Assembly (NCBI GenBank): GCA_026002915.1
Contig: BPGG01000001.1
Coordinates: 1,574,463-1,638,462 of the forward strand
Direction: 5' to 3'
Length of the DNA stretch: 64,000 nucleotides
Source: Acidimicrobiales bacterium
GTDB taxonomy: Bacteria; Actinomycetota; Acidimicrobiia; Acidimicrobiales; BPGG01
Below are positions 29,153 to 39,707 of this stretch, one piece after another (the stretch's first letter is position 1; the number at the start of each line of letters is the position of its first letter). Under the pieces are notes generated by a model. The model worked only from the letters and a program-made list of their open reading frames with translations. It made no database searches and was not told where the DNA came from. The position numbers and the translations under genes are program-made.

Positions 29153-30423
29153 GCATGGCCGGTTTCGACCCCCTCCAGTTCTCCGAGGACCTCATCGAAG
29201 GAAGGCGGTCCATCGTCGAGAGGCATCCCCTCTCGACGCTCTCCAACCAGCTGAGCGAGGTTGCCGACGGTGTCGGATGGGTCGAGTCGCTCGCGAACGT
29301 CGCTGTGTTCTCGACCGACGAGGGTCTGGTGCTGGTGGACGTCGGCGGGCTGTTCGTCGGCGAAGCCGTGCGCTCTGCGGTCCGCTCTTGGAGCAAGGCT
29401 CCGGTGGACACAGCCATCTACACGCACGGCCACGTGGACCACGTGGCCGCCGCGCCGGTGTGGGACGAGGAGGCGGCAGGCGAGGGAAGGAATCGCATCA
29501 GGGTGATCGCACACACCGCCGTAGAGGAGCGATTCGAACGGTATCGCCTGACGCGGGGCTGGAACACGCAGATCAACCGTCGGCAGTTCCGAGTCGGTGA
29601 GGGACTCGAATGGCCGGAGAACTACCGACATCCGGACGTCTGCTACACGGAGAGGCTGGAGATCGGCGTGGGAGGTGTTCACTTCGAGTTGCACCATTCC
29701 CGCGGCGAGACCGACGACCACACCTGGGTGTTCGTTCCCGACCGGAGGATCCTCTGCACCGGTGATCTCTTCATCTGGGCCTCACCCAACGCAGGGAACC
29801 CGCAGAAGGTGCAGCGCTACGCCAGGGACTGGGCGATCGCCTTGAGGGAGATGGCGTCCCTCGAGCCGCAGTTGCTCCTGCCGGGACACGGCCTCCCGAT
29901 CGCCGGTGTCGAGCGGGTCGGCCGGGTTCTCCGCACCACGGCCGAGCTCCTCGAACACTTGCACGATCGCACGGTGGAGATGATGAACGCCGGAGCGACC
30001 TTGGACGAGGTGATCCACTCGGTGGGAGTCCCCGATCATCTTCGGGACCTGCCCTGGTTGCAGCCCGTCTACGACGAACCCGAGTTCGTGGTGCGGAACG
30101 TCTGGCGCCTCTACGGCGGTTGGTACGACGGGAATCCGGCGCACCTCAAGCCCGCTCCACAAGCCGATCTCGGGTCGGAGATCGCTCGGCTCGTGGGTGG
30201 TGTGGACGTGCTGGTCTCACGTGCATTGGAGCTGAGCAGGAACGGAGACGACCGGCTGGCGTGTCACCTCGTCGAGCTGGCATGGCACGCCGACCGATCG
30301 TCGGAGTCGGTTCGCAGGGCTCGCGCAGAGGTGTACGGTCGCCGGGCCGAGAGGGAGACCTCCACCATGGCCAGGGGGATCTTCGCTTGGGCGAAGGCGG
30401 AGGCGGAGCGCGAAGATGTCTGA
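29149..30423 (+). CDS. MBL-fold metallo-hydrolase with alkyl-sulfatase-type dimerisation domain
   Basis: YTHGHVDHV metal motif. C-terminal LYGGWYDGNPAHLKP...DRLACHLVE resembles the SdsA1-type dimerisation domain. No SCP2 tail. Confidence 0.7.
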   Translation: MSMAGFDPLQFSEDLIEGRRSIVERHPLSTLSNQLSEVADGVGWVESLANVAVFSTDEGLVLVDVGGLFVGEAVRSAVRSWSKAPVDTAIYTHGHVDHVAAAPVWDEEAAGEGRNRIRVIAHTAVEERFERYRLTRGWNTQINRRQFRVGEGLEWPENYRHPDVCYTERLEIGVGGVHFELHHSRGETDDHTWVFVPDRRILCTGDLFIWASPNAGNPQKVQRYARDWAIALREMASLEPQLLLPGHGLPIAGVERVGRVLRTTAELLEHLHDRTVEMMNAGATLDEVIHSVGVPDHLRDLPWLQPVYDEPEFVVRNVWRLYGGWYDGNPAHLKPAPQADLGSEIARLVGGVDVLVSRALELSRNGDDRLACHLVELAWHADRSSESVRRARAEVYGRRAERETSTMARGIFAWAKAEAEREDV

Positions 30424-30580
30424 CGTGGGACCGTTCTCCATAGTCGTCGTGTTGTTGGTCGTGATACCTGCTGCCGTCCTGATCAGTGGGGGCATCGCGT
30501 GTGCGATCCTCTCCACGGTGATCCAGAGAGACGTCGAGAAACGGCATCCGGGAAGCGAACTTCTGGAGCTGAACCGCTGA
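30416..30580 (+). CDS. Candidate 54-aa small membrane protein (below the ORF-track cutoff)
   Basis: The ATG overlaps the upstream stop by 8 nt, and GGAGGCGGAG lies upstream. Translation is MSDVGPFSIVVVLLVVIPAAVLISGGIACAILSTVIQRDVEKRHPGSELLELNR, with high GC3. Confidence 0.35.
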   Translation: MSDVGPFSIVVVLLVVIPAAVLISGGIACAILSTVIQRDVEKRHPGSELLELNR

Positions 30581-30630
30581 TCGAGGAGGCCCGCCGCGGA
30601 GGACCGTCCGGGTCGAGAGTATCCGTGTAG

Positions 30631-31350
30631 TCAAATCCTCCAGCGGGACTGTCCGAAGCGGTAACCCACAGACCTGACCGTCTGGATGAGCCCGGCGTGT
30701 TCCTCACCCAGCTTTGCCCTGAGGCGCCGTACATGGACGTCGACGGTCCTCGCTCCTCCGTAGTACTCGTAACCCCACACACGGGACAGAAGGGTCTCCC
30801 TGGTGAACACCTTCCCGGGATGCGACGCGAAGAACTTCAGGAGCTCGTATTCCATGTAGGTGAGATCCAAGGGCCGACCGTCGATGGCTGCTTGGTAGGT
30901 CTCCAAGTTCAGCACCAGCGGACCGTACTCGATGATCTCGGGGCGCGTGGCCTGCCCGGTGCGCCACATGAGATGCCTGAGACGCGCTTCGAGTTCCCGC
31001 GGATGGAACGGCGAGATGCAAAAGTCGTCGTACAGATCGTCCCTCAACTCCAGGTCGGGCAGCTGAGTACCGTTGACCAAGAGCAGCAGAGGCTGCAGGG
31101 GGACGTCCTGTTTGCGGATCGCCCTGCAGAAGGCGAACGCCCTGTCGGGATCCGAATCGGCCGACACGATCGCTCCGGACCAGCCCTCTTCCGGCTCCGC
31201 TCGCGACGCGGCGAGGTCGTCGTTCACGGCCTTCCACGGCCATCCTCCCAGGTCGAGGAACTGTGCCAGCTCGACCGGCGGCGGATCGGGCCAGATCAGG
31301 AGCGGCTGCATGAACTCGGGCTCCACCGAACGGGGCTCCACCACGACCAC
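30631..31350 (-). CDS. OmpR/PhoB-type winged-helix regulator with atypical receiver domain (GlnR-like candidate)
   Basis: C-terminal LTYMEYELLKFFASHPGKVFTRETLLSRVWGY...RTVDVHVRRLRAKL...VRSVGYRF. The receiver lacks the N-terminal acidic pair and has SPF in place of KPF. It starts 1 nt after the stop of the upstream glutamine synthetase gene. Confidence 0.75.
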   Translation of the reverse strand: MVVVEPRSVEPEFMQPLLIWPDPPPVELAQFLDLGGWPWKAVNDDLAASRAEPEEGWSGAIVSADSDPDRAFAFCRAIRKQDVPLQPLLLLVNGTQLPDLELRDDLYDDFCISPFHPRELEARLRHLMWRTGQATRPEIIEYGPLVLNLETYQAAIDGRPLDLTYMEYELLKFFASHPGKVFTRETLLSRVWGYEYYGGARTVDVHVRRLRAKLGEEHAGLIQTVRSVGYRFGQSRWRI

Positions 31351-31351
31351 C

Positions 31352-32686
31352 TCACCAGGCAGGAAGGTACCTTTCCAACTCGAACGGCGTCACCTGGGCC
31401 TTGTACTCGGCCCACTCCCTCCGCTTGTTGCGGAGGAACCATTCGAATATGTGCTCGCCAAGCGTCTCGGCCACGAGCTCAGACTGCTCCATGAGGTCGA
31501 GCGCCTCTGCCAGAGACTGCGGCAGCGGTCGGATTCCTTCGGCGACCAGCTCCGTCTCGGTGAGGTCGAAGACGTTCGTGGTGGTCTCGGGAGGGAGCTC
31601 ATAGCCCTCTTCGATCCCCCTCAGACCGGCTGCGAGGATCACCGAGAAGGCGAGATACGGATTGCAGGCGGGATCGGGTGCTCTGTATTCGATGCGCGTC
31701 GACGATGCCTTCCCCTTCTTCACCAAGGGCACCCGAACCAGCGCAGACTGGTTGTTTCTCGCCCAGACGATGTAGACGGGAGCTTCATAGCCCGCGATCA
31801 GACGCTTGTAGGAGTTCACCAACTGGTTGGTGATCGCGGTGATCTCCGGCGCGTGGTGGAGCAGTCCGGCTATGAAACCGTAGGCGACCTTGGAGAGCCC
31901 ATACGCGTCGCCCGGGTCGTGGAAGGCGTTGGTGTCTCCCTCGAACAGGGAGAGGTGTAGGTGCATACCCGAGCCCTGCACGCCTCTCAGCGGCTTCGGG
32001 AGGAAGGTGGCATACACCCCGCTCTCGAGCGCCACCTCCCTCACCAACAGGCGGAACGTCATCACGTTGTCGGCCATGGTCAGGGCATCCGTGTAGCGGA
32101 GGTCGATCTCGTGCTGTGAGGGCGCATCTTCGTGGAAGGAGTACTCGACCGGGATCCCCATGGCCTCCAGCAGGGCGATGGTTCGCTTCCGAAGCGTGGT
32201 GGCGACGTCCCGTGTAGTGAGGTCGAAATATGAACCGGCGTCCAACGGCTGCAAGGGCTTGCTCGGGTCTCCGTCGGCGAAGTAGAAGAACTCCATCTCG
32301 GGGGCGACCATGAAGTCGAAGCCTCTCTCTCTCGCCTTCTCGAGGTTCCTTCTCAGGACGTGGCGGGGGTCTCCCTCGAAAGGCGTACCGTCGTGGTTGC
32401 GGATGTCGCAGAACATGCGGGCGGACTCGTCGTCGTCCGTGCCGAAGTGCAGCAGCTCGAAAGTGTTGGGGTCGGGGACGGCCAAGACGTCCGACTCCTG
32501 GATTCGTGAGAACCCGTCTATCGCCGATCCGTCGAAGTGGATCCCCTCCTCGAAAGCAGCCTCCAGCTCTGCCGGCGAGATCGCCACCGACTTGAGCTGA
32601 CCGAGGACGTCCGTGAACCAGAGCCTGATGAGCCTTACGCCACGCTCCTCCACTGTGCGCAACACGTAGTCCTGCTGGCGCTCCAC
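31352..32686 (-). CDS. Glutamine synthetase, type I (GlnA2-like paralogue)
   Basis: 444 aa. [25 protein letters not shown] and [11 protein letters not shown]. No NLYDLP adenylylation motif. Confidence 0.9.
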   Translation of the reverse strand: MERQQDYVLRTVEERGVRLIRLWFTDVLGQLKSVAISPAELEAAFEEGIHFDGSAIDGFSRIQESDVLAVPDPNTFELLHFGTDDDESARMFCDIRNHDGTPFEGDPRHVLRRNLEKARERGFDFMVAPEMEFFYFADGDPSKPLQPLDAGSYFDLTTRDVATTLRKRTIALLEAMGIPVEYSFHEDAPSQHEIDLRYTDALTMADNVMTFRLLVREVALESGVYATFLPKPLRGVQGSGMHLHLSLFEGDTNAFHDPGDAYGLSKVAYGFIAGLLHHAPEITAITNQLVNSYKRLIAGYEAPVYIVWARNNQSALVRVPLVKKGKASSTRIEYRAPDPACNPYLAFSVILAAGLRGIEEGYELPPETTTNVFDLTETELVAEGIRPLPQSLAEALDLMEQSELVAETLGEHIFEWFLRNKRREWAEYKAQVTPFELERYLPAW

Positions 32687-32724
32687 GGCTCCATGATTGC
32701 AGTTCGGAGAGCGGGAGTCTCCCT

Positions 32725-32763
32725 GTTCACATAGCGTTCACACTCGCGCAACGGCGGAGAAAC
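32725..32763. promoter_or_regulatory. Four 11-bp-phased half-sites GTTCAC-n5-GTTCAC-n6-GCAAC-n6-GAAAC (GlnR-box-like)
   Basis: AC dinucleotides at 32729/30, 32740/41, 32751/52 and 32762/63. The sites lie in the divergent spacer between the two glutamine synthetase genes, 39 nt upstream of the GTG at 32686. Confidence 0.4.
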
Positions 32764-32898
32764 GGCTTGCTGAGAGTCTGCGCCCGGTTGCCGATGGTGT
32801 CCGGCAGTCCCGTCGGCCGTGCCTTGTGGTTGGGCGTGGCCGACAGGACTATGGTCCGTCAGGCGGTTGAGGATCAGACGACCTGTCAGGAGGTGCAC

Positions 32899-34323
32899 GT
32901 GCAGGAACGCACACCAGCCGAAGTGATCGCTCTGGCGAGGGACGAAGGGGTCGAGATAGTCGACCTTCGATTCTGTGACCTTCCGGGGCTGATGCAGCAC
33001 TTCTCCATCCCGGTGTCCGAACTCACCGAAGAGGCCTTCGAGGAGGGCTACGGCTTCGATGGGTCGTCTATCCGGGGTTTCCAGGAGATCCAAGAGTCGG
33101 ACATGATCTTGAAGCCCGATCCGGACACGGCGGTGATCGACCCGTTCCGGGAACACAAGACGCTGAACATCAACTGCTTCGTGCACGATCCCCTCACCGG
33201 TGAGAACTACACACGGGACCCCAGGTTCGTCGCCCTGAAGGCGGAGAGGTATCTCGAGACTACGGGCATAGCCGACACCGCGTACTTCGGGCCGGAGGCG
33301 GAGTTCTTCATCTTCGACGACGTCCGTTTCGAGCAGTCCTACAACCGAGGCTTCTACCAAGTCGACTCCGAAGAGGCCTCCTGGAACACGGCGCGGGAAG
33401 AGAACCCCAACCTCGGATACAAGCCGCGCTACAAGGAGGGGTACTTCCCTGTTCCGCCCATGGACCACTTCCAGGATCTGCGCAGCGAGATGATCCTCAC
33501 GATGCAGAAGCTCGGCATCGAGATCGAGGTGCACCACCACGAAGTCGGGACCGCCGGGCAGGCCGAGATCGACATGAGGTTCGACACGCTGTTGCGTATG
33601 GCAGACAAGCTGATGCTCTACAAGTACGTCGTCAAGAACGTGGCTTGGAGGCACGGGAAGTCTGCCACCTTCATGCCCAAGCCCATCTTCCAGGACAACG
33701 GCTCCGGGATGCACACGCACCAGTCACTCTGGAAGGGCGGCGAGCCGCTCTTCTTCGACGAGAAGGGGTACGCCGGGCTCTCCGACACGGCGCGCTGGTA
33801 CATCGGCGGTCTTCTGAAGCACGCACCCGCGGTGCTCGCATTCGCGGCTCCGACGACGAACAGCTACAAGCGCCTGGTTCCCGGATACGAGGCGCCGGTG
33901 AACTTGGTGTACTCCCAGAGGAACCGGTCGGCAGCCGTGCGGATTCCGCTCTACTCGCAGAGCCCGAAGGCAAAGCGGATCGAGTTCCGGTGCCCGGACC
34001 CCTCTTGCAACCCATACCTGGCCTTCGCCGCGATGCTGATGGCGGGCCTCGACGGGGTCCAGAACCGGATCGAACCGCCGGATCCGGTCGACAAGGACCT
34101 CTACGACCTGCCGCCGGAAGAGCTCGCCAAGGTGCCCATGGTCCCTGCGTCGCTGGACGAGGCGCTGAAGGCACTCGAGCAGGACAACGACTTCTTGAAG
34201 GCGGGAGGCGTGTTCACCGACGATCTGATCGAGACCTGGATCTCCTACAAGCGGGAGAACGAGGTGGATGCCATACGGCTGCGCCCCCATCCCTGGGAGT
34301 TCCACCTGTACTACGACATTTGA
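32899..34323 (+). CDS. glnA: Glutamine synthetase, type I-beta (adenylylation-regulated)
   Basis: GTG at 32899 lies 5 nt after AGGAGG and gives 474 aa. [11 protein letters not shown] and the adenylylation-loop motif [10 protein letters not shown] are present. Confidence 0.9.
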   Translation: MQERTPAEVIALARDEGVEIVDLRFCDLPGLMQHFSIPVSELTEEAFEEGYGFDGSSIRGFQEIQESDMILKPDPDTAVIDPFREHKTLNINCFVHDPLTGENYTRDPRFVALKAERYLETTGIADTAYFGPEAEFFIFDDVRFEQSYNRGFYQVDSEEASWNTAREENPNLGYKPRYKEGYFPVPPMDHFQDLRSEMILTMQKLGIEIEVHHHEVGTAGQAEIDMRFDTLLRMADKLMLYKYVVKNVAWRHGKSATFMPKPIFQDNGSGMHTHQSLWKGGEPLFFDEKGYAGLSDTARWYIGGLLKHAPAVLAFAAPTTNSYKRLVPGYEAPVNLVYSQRNRSAAVRIPLYSQSPKAKRIEFRCPDPSCNPYLAFAAMLMAGLDGVQNRIEPPDPVDKDLYDLPPEELAKVPMVPASLDEALKALEQDNDFLKAGGVFTDDLIETWISYKRENEVDAIRLRPHPWEFHLYYDI

Positions 34324-34354
34324 TCGGCGTTCCTGACGCCGGACCTTTCGGCGA

Positions 34355-34400
34355 GAACGGAGCCTGTGGCACGCGGAAGCGGAGCCGTCAGGCTCCGTTC
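34355..34400. terminator. Bidirectional stem-loop between convergent glnA and glnE
   Basis: Perfect 12-bp inverted repeat GAACGGAGCCTG...CAGGCTCCGTTC with a nested GGAGCC/GGCTCC hairpin. A smaller GGCGT-TCCTG-ACGCC hairpin lies at 34326..34340. Confidence 0.5.
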
Positions 34401-34409
34401 CTCGTTTCG

Positions 34410-37190
34410 TCACGAGTTTCCGAAGAAGAGTCGCTCGTAGACCCTTCTGGCCCGCCGGGTGGTTCGCTTGTATCGCTCCCGCAGCTCGGAGGCGGTCATC
34501 TGGAACGAGCGGGCCACGCGATCGAGGTCCGCGCCCGAGGGGAGTGAATTGGCCGGCGGCCCGACGACGAGAGCGATCCGGTTTCGACAGGACTCGCAGA
34601 ACTCGTAGGACTCTCTGAGGATCGTCGCGTCCTCGGAATCCACTATCCCTCGACTCTCGAGCTCGCGCAGCGCTTCGAGAGTGGAAGTCTCCACCACTCC
34701 GTGGCGGAGTTGCAGTAGCTGGACCACCCACTCCACGTCTGCGAGGCCCCCTCTGCCGAGTTTGAGATGGAACTCGGGATCTTCGGAAGGCGGGATCCGC
34801 TCCGATTCCACACGAGCCTTGATGCGGCGTATCTCACGGATCTCGGAGGACTCGAGAGGCCTTCCAAAAGAGAAATCTCTCGCAGCAGCCACGAGCGACT
34901 CCCCCAGCTCGGCGTCACCGGCCACGAACCGGGCGCGAGTCCACGCCTGCCGTTCCCACGTCTCGGCCCAGCGCGAGAAGTAGCTCGCGTAGCCGTCGAG
35001 GCTCCGGGACATGGGGCCCTTCCTGCCCTCCGGCCTGAGATCGGGATCGACCTCGAAAATGCGCTCGGCTGCGGTACCACCCGACAGGAAGCGCATCACG
35101 GAGCGAGCCAAGCGGTCGGCCTTCTCGAAGGCTTCTGCCGAGGTCCCACCGTGGACGAAGACCAGGTCCAAGTCCGACGCATAAGACAGCTCTCGCCCCC
35201 CCAGTCTTCCCAGTGCGACCACTGCGAACGGAACGTCTGGTGCTGCCACCTCGAGTGCGGCTTCGACAGTCGCCTCCGCGAGCGTCGCCAACTCTTCGCC
35301 CACACCGGCGACGTCCAGCAGTCCGAGGAGATCGCGGCAGACGATCCCCAGCAAGTTCCGTTCTTTCCATCGTCGGAGACCTGCTTGGCGGTCTGAGGTG
35401 GCGCGCCAGCCGAGGGCGGTACGGGCCGACTCCACGAGTGCCGGGCGGGGCTTGGTGAGCAGACGTTCCTCGTGAGCGAGGCGCGACACCACGTCGGGGT
35501 TCCGCAGGAGGCCGTCTCCGACCATGCGGCTGCTCCCGAGGAGGGTGCAGAGGCGTCGCGCGATCTCGGGGGAGTCCCGGAACGCGTCCAACAGACGCTG
35601 ATTCGTCCGCGGCCCGGCAAGCAGGTTGCGTAGCTGGAGCAGACCCAGGTCGGGGTCGGGTGACTGGGACAGCCAGTCCAACAGGAGAGGCAGGAGGTGG
35701 CGCATGAGCCTCGACGCGCGGTTCAGACCGTGCGTCAGCTCGCGCACCGCTATGCGCGTCCGCTCCGCGTCTGTGAAACCGAAGGCGGAGAGGCGCTCGG
35801 ACGCAGTCTCGGGGCTCATGCCGCCGTCGGCCCCGGCGAAAGCCTCGAGCAGCGGTCTGAAGAAGACGCGTTCGTGTACGACCCGGACGGAGACTTGGGT
35901 GTGCTTCAGGTCGGCGTCCAGTAGCTGAGCTGCTCTACCTTCGGGCGTGTCCTTGTAGCCGAGCGTTCGCGCAATCCGCTCGAGCACGCCCGGATCCGAA
36001 GGAATCGTATGTGTCTGCTGTTCGTCCAACAGTTGGATGGCGTGTTCGGTTCTCCGCAAGAACCGATAGGAAGTCTCCAACACCCTCGCGTCTTCTTCGT
36101 CGATGTATCCGGCTTTCCCGAGTTCGTCGAGAACCGTCAACGTGTTCGCAGCGCGCAGCGACGGGTCGGCGTGTCCGTGCACCAACTGGAGGAGTTGGAC
36201 GGTGAATTCGATGTCCCTGATGCCTCCTCTTCCCCTCTTGATGTCGCTGTCGAGGAGCCCCTTCTCGTCGACGAACCGTTCGCTTCTCCGCTTCATCGAC
36301 CTGAGGTAACGGATCGCTTCGGCATCCGGGGGGTGGGTCCACAGCCACCGTTGAGCGGTCTCCACGAACCTCCGTCCGAGAGAGGGTTCCCCTGCGGCAT
36401 ATCGTGCTTTCAGAAGGGCTTGGAATTCCCACGGCTCTGCCCATCGCGCCCAATAGGTCTCGTACGAGTCGAGGGAGCGTACGAGGGCACCGGCGCGACC
36501 TTCCGGTCTCAGATCGACGTCGACTCTGAAGCAGCGACCTGCGACGGCTAGGACTCGTCGTGCCGCCTGTTGGAGCGTGTCGTGGTCTCCGTCTCCGACG
36601 AAGATCACGTCGACGTCGCTCGCGTAGTTGAGCTCGTCTCCGCCGAACTTCCCCATGGCTATCACGGCGAGTCCGTCGGCGCGTGCCAGCTCGGTTGCCG
36701 CCTGCAGCACATCCCTGGCCATCTGCGAGAGAGCGGCAGTCGTTTCGACGAGGTCGTCTATGCCCAGCAGATCACGGGCCGCGATCCGCAGAAGCTCGCG
36801 TCTCTTCCAGGGTGCGAGGAGTTCTTCGTCGCGGGGCGGAGGCTCTCTCAGGTCGAGGTTTTCGAGGACCGTCAGCGCCGACGGGTCCGAGGCCAGCAGT
36901 CGCCCCAAGGACCGGCTCGCTCCGGCGACCGCCACCACGGCATCGATCAGGTGGGGATGTTCGTCGGCACGAGCTGTGAAGTTCGGATCCGTCTCGAGGA
37001 GCGTCACGAGCAACGTCTCCACGTCCTCGGGAGACGCCGATGTCGCCGCCGCTTCCCTCAGACGGGGTGGGAGCGAGGTCGAGTGCACCGCCATCCCTCT
37101 CAGCTCGCCGAGCCCGTGATCACGCCCGTCAGCGTAGGTGGCCCCGCCGCCGCTCGGACGAGAAGAACGGGGACCGGGATGTCGGCGCAA
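34410..37190 (-). CDS. glnE: Bifunctional glutamine synthetase adenylyltransferase/adenylyl-removing enzyme
   Basis: 926 aa with two nucleotidyltransferase halves (GKFGGDELNYASDVDVIFV and GRLGGRELSYASDLDLVFV). The start is uncertain (alternative ATG at 37094). Confidence 0.9.
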   Translation of the reverse strand: MRRHPGPRSSRPSGGGATYADGRDHGLGELRGMAVHSTSLPPRLREAAATSASPEDVETLLVTLLETDPNFTARADEHPHLIDAVVAVAGASRSLGRLLASDPSALTVLENLDLREPPPRDEELLAPWKRRELLRIAARDLLGIDDLVETTAALSQMARDVLQAATELARADGLAVIAMGKFGGDELNYASDVDVIFVGDGDHDTLQQAARRVLAVAGRCFRVDVDLRPEGRAGALVRSLDSYETYWARWAEPWEFQALLKARYAAGEPSLGRRFVETAQRWLWTHPPDAEAIRYLRSMKRRSERFVDEKGLLDSDIKRGRGGIRDIEFTVQLLQLVHGHADPSLRAANTLTVLDELGKAGYIDEEDARVLETSYRFLRRTEHAIQLLDEQQTHTIPSDPGVLERIARTLGYKDTPEGRAAQLLDADLKHTQVSVRVVHERVFFRPLLEAFAGADGGMSPETASERLSAFGFTDAERTRIAVRELTHGLNRASRLMRHLLPLLLDWLSQSPDPDLGLLQLRNLLAGPRTNQRLLDAFRDSPEIARRLCTLLGSSRMVGDGLLRNPDVVSRLAHEERLLTKPRPALVESARTALGWRATSDRQAGLRRWKERNLLGIVCRDLLGLLDVAGVGEELATLAEATVEAALEVAAPDVPFAVVALGRLGGRELSYASDLDLVFVHGGTSAEAFEKADRLARSVMRFLSGGTAAERIFEVDPDLRPEGRKGPMSRSLDGYASYFSRWAETWERQAWTRARFVAGDAELGESLVAAARDFSFGRPLESSEIREIRRIKARVESERIPPSEDPEFHLKLGRGGLADVEWVVQLLQLRHGVVETSTLEALRELESRGIVDSEDATILRESYEFCESCRNRIALVVGPPANSLPSGADLDRVARSFQMTASELRERYKRTTRRARRVYERLFFGNS

Positions 37191-37244
37191 AACATAGGTT
37201 CGAGAGAGCCAGGTGCCGAGGCGGGTGACTTGCCCGACGGGAGG

Positions 37245-38957
37245 ATGTCACAACGTAGGCTCGGCGCTGTGAGCGAGCGCTCGAGGGTCCTGCGCGTGGC
37301 GGTGGCTCAGACAAACCTCGTCGTGGGCGACCTGTCGGGGAACGTCGCGAAGATGAAGTCGTCTCTGGAGGCGGCCCGTCGCCTCGGGGCGGACGTGGTG
37401 GCGTTCCCCGAACTCGCCGTCACCGGTTACCCCCCGGAGGATCTCGTGCTCCGACCCCGCTTCGTGTCGGACAACCTCCGTGCCTTGCGAGACCTGGCGT
37501 CGGCGGTGCACGGATGCGTGGCACTGGTGGGCTACGTGGACAGGTCCGAGCGCGGCCTGCACAACGCCGTCGCCGTCTGCGCCGACGGAGAGGTGAAGAC
37601 GACGGTGTACAAGCGGCACCTCCCCAACTACGCCGTCTTCGACGAAGCGAGATACTTCGTTCCCGGTGACGGCCCTCCTCGCGTGTTCGCGGTGGCAGGA
37701 GTGCCGTGTGCTGTGACCGTCTGTGAAGACGCGTGGGTGCGGGAAGGCCCGGTGGCTGCTGCGGCCAGGGCGGGAGCCGCGTGTGTCTTCAACCTGAATG
37801 CCTCGCCCTACCACCGCGGAAAGGTCGACGAACGCGAGCAGATGTTGGCCGAACGGGTGGAAGAGTCGGGAGCCGCGATCGTCTACGCGAACCTCGTCGG
37901 CGGCCAAGACGAACTGGTTTTCGACGGGGCTTCCATGGTGTACGACCGGACTGGTGCGGTGGTCGGGCGGGCTCCACAGTTTCGTGAGGATCTCCTCGTT
38001 GTGGACCTGGATGTCGGCCCCTCGACCGGCGCCGTCCCTGTCGAGTTTTCCTTTGACGTCCCGGCTCGGGAGAAGCCCTCTGTAGGAGCACGTTTTGCCG
38101 ATCGGCTGCATCCACTGGAGGAGGTTTACGAGGCCCTGGTACTCGGGACCCGTGACTACGTGGAGAAGAACGGGTTCGGTGCGGTGGTCGTCGGTGTCTC
38201 CGGAGGAATCGATTCGTCGCTGGTGGCGACGTTGGCGGTGGACGCAATGGGACCGGACCGTGTCCACACCGTGGCGATGCCGTCGCGCTATTCGAGCGCG
38301 CACTCGCTGGAAGATGCAGCTGCGCTGGCGCGCTCGCTGGCTGTAGACCATCGGGTGATTCCCATCGAGCCGGCTCACAGGGCTTTCGAAGAGATGTTGC
38401 CGAAAGCCTTCGCAGATGCACGAGACTCCACTGCGGCCGAGAACGTGCAATCTCGGATCAGGGGCGTGATCCTGATGACCTTGTCGAACGCGTACGGCTG
38501 GCTGGTGCTCACCACCGGGAACAAGAGCGAGATGGCGGTGGGCTACGCCACCCTCTACGGCGACATGGCGGGTGGCTTCGCCGTGATAAAGGACGTCCCC
38601 AAGACCCTGGTGTACGAACTGGCTCGGTGGAGAAACGAGAAGGCAGGGCGGTATCTGATCCCTCGGCGGGTCTTCGAGAAACCACCGTCGGCCGAGTTGC
38701 GACCCGGGCAGCTGGACACCGATTCGCTTCCTCCGTACGAGAAGCTGGATCCCGTCCTCGAGTGCTACGTCGAGAGGGACATGTCGGTCGCGGATCTCGT
38801 AGAAGCGGGATTCGATCCGGACCTGGTCAGGCGGGTCGCTCGGATGGTGGACCGCAACGAATACAAGCGCCGACAGGCCCCGCCGGGTCCGCGCGTGACG
38901 ACCAAGGCCTTCGGGAAGGATCGCAGGCTCCCCATAACCAATCACTATGTCGGCTGA
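37245..38957 (+). CDS. nadE: Glutamine-dependent NAD+ synthetase (CN-hydrolase + NAD synthase domains)
   Basis: LRVAVAQTN...FPELAVTGY...CEDAW nitrilase half. GVSGGIDSSLVA PP-loop half. Alternative GTG start at 37269. Confidence 0.9.
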   Translation: MSQRRLGAVSERSRVLRVAVAQTNLVVGDLSGNVAKMKSSLEAARRLGADVVAFPELAVTGYPPEDLVLRPRFVSDNLRALRDLASAVHGCVALVGYVDRSERGLHNAVAVCADGEVKTTVYKRHLPNYAVFDEARYFVPGDGPPRVFAVAGVPCAVTVCEDAWVREGPVAAAARAGAACVFNLNASPYHRGKVDEREQMLAERVEESGAAIVYANLVGGQDELVFDGASMVYDRTGAVVGRAPQFREDLLVVDLDVGPSTGAVPVEFSFDVPAREKPSVGARFADRLHPLEEVYEALVLGTRDYVEKNGFGAVVVGVSGGIDSSLVATLAVDAMGPDRVHTVAMPSRYSSAHSLEDAAALARSLAVDHRVIPIEPAHRAFEEMLPKAFADARDSTAAENVQSRIRGVILMTLSNAYGWLVLTTGNKSEMAVGYATLYGDMAGGFAVIKDVPKTLVYELARWRNEKAGRYLIPRRVFEKPPSAELRPGQLDTDSLPPYEKLDPVLECYVERDMSVADLVEAGFDPDLVRRVARMVDRNEYKRRQAPPGPRVTTKAFGKDRRLPITNHYVG

Positions 38958-39005
38958 CGTGTTCTGGGGAACCGAACCGCCGGTGGCGCGTGTTATCGTC
39001 GACTC

Positions 39006-39707
39006 GTGGCCGATTCACGGCGCCCCCGCAAGCCTTTCGCGCCTTGGGACCGGCGTGAGCTTCCCGGTCTGTTCGATGTGGAAGAGTCCGCCCGGAGGAT
39101 CGGCCACTACAAATGGATAGAGATGCGCCTGTTCGAGGCTCTCGGTGGTTGGGTGGCGACCGTTCCAGAACTGGACGTGAAGATCAAGTTGGGTACCCAC
39201 ACCTACCATCACGCCTGGCACGCAGAGTTGTTCGACAAGCGGCTCCCTGAACTGCGGGAGATGAACCCCGAGCGTGTGACGATTCCACCCAATCACTACC
39301 TCGAGGAGTTCGTCGCCGCTCTCACCGAGCCGCAGAGCGCAGATGAGACGATCGAGAAGCTCGTGGGTGTATATCGGGTGCTGATTCCGCACAAGATCGC
39401 GGCCTACACGTTCCACCTCGAGGCGACCTCTCAGATCACCGACGCCCCCACCATCAGGTCGCTGAAGTTCATCCTCCAAGACGAGTTCGAGGACTGGCGG
39501 GAAGGAGAAATGCTGCTTCAGTCGCTCATCCGATCGCCCGAAGATGTGGAGAGAGCGGCCCGACACCAAGCGCGCTTGGAAACTCTTCTCGTGGCAGCGG
39601 GAGGTATAGCAGGCCCGGGAACCATCGGCGATCCGTGGGCTGCAAGGGCACACGACGACGGTCCCGACGAGAGCGAAAAGGAGGACCCCGCGGGGGTGGT
39701 CAGATGA
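39006..39707 (+). CDS. Helical hypothetical protein with E/H-rich motifs (possible ferritin-like fold)
   Basis: 233 aa. WIEMRLFEALGGW, THTYHHAWHAELF, YTFHLEAT and ILQDEFEDWREGE. Family not recognised. Confidence 0.55.
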   Translation: MADSRRPRKPFAPWDRRELPGLFDVEESARRIGHYKWIEMRLFEALGGWVATVPELDVKIKLGTHTYHHAWHAELFDKRLPELREMNPERVTIPPNHYLEEFVAALTEPQSADETIEKLVGVYRVLIPHKIAAYTFHLEATSQITDAPTIRSLKFILQDEFEDWREGEMLLQSLIRSPEDVERAARHQARLETLLVAAGGIAGPGTIGDPWAARAHDDGPDESEKEDPAGVVR

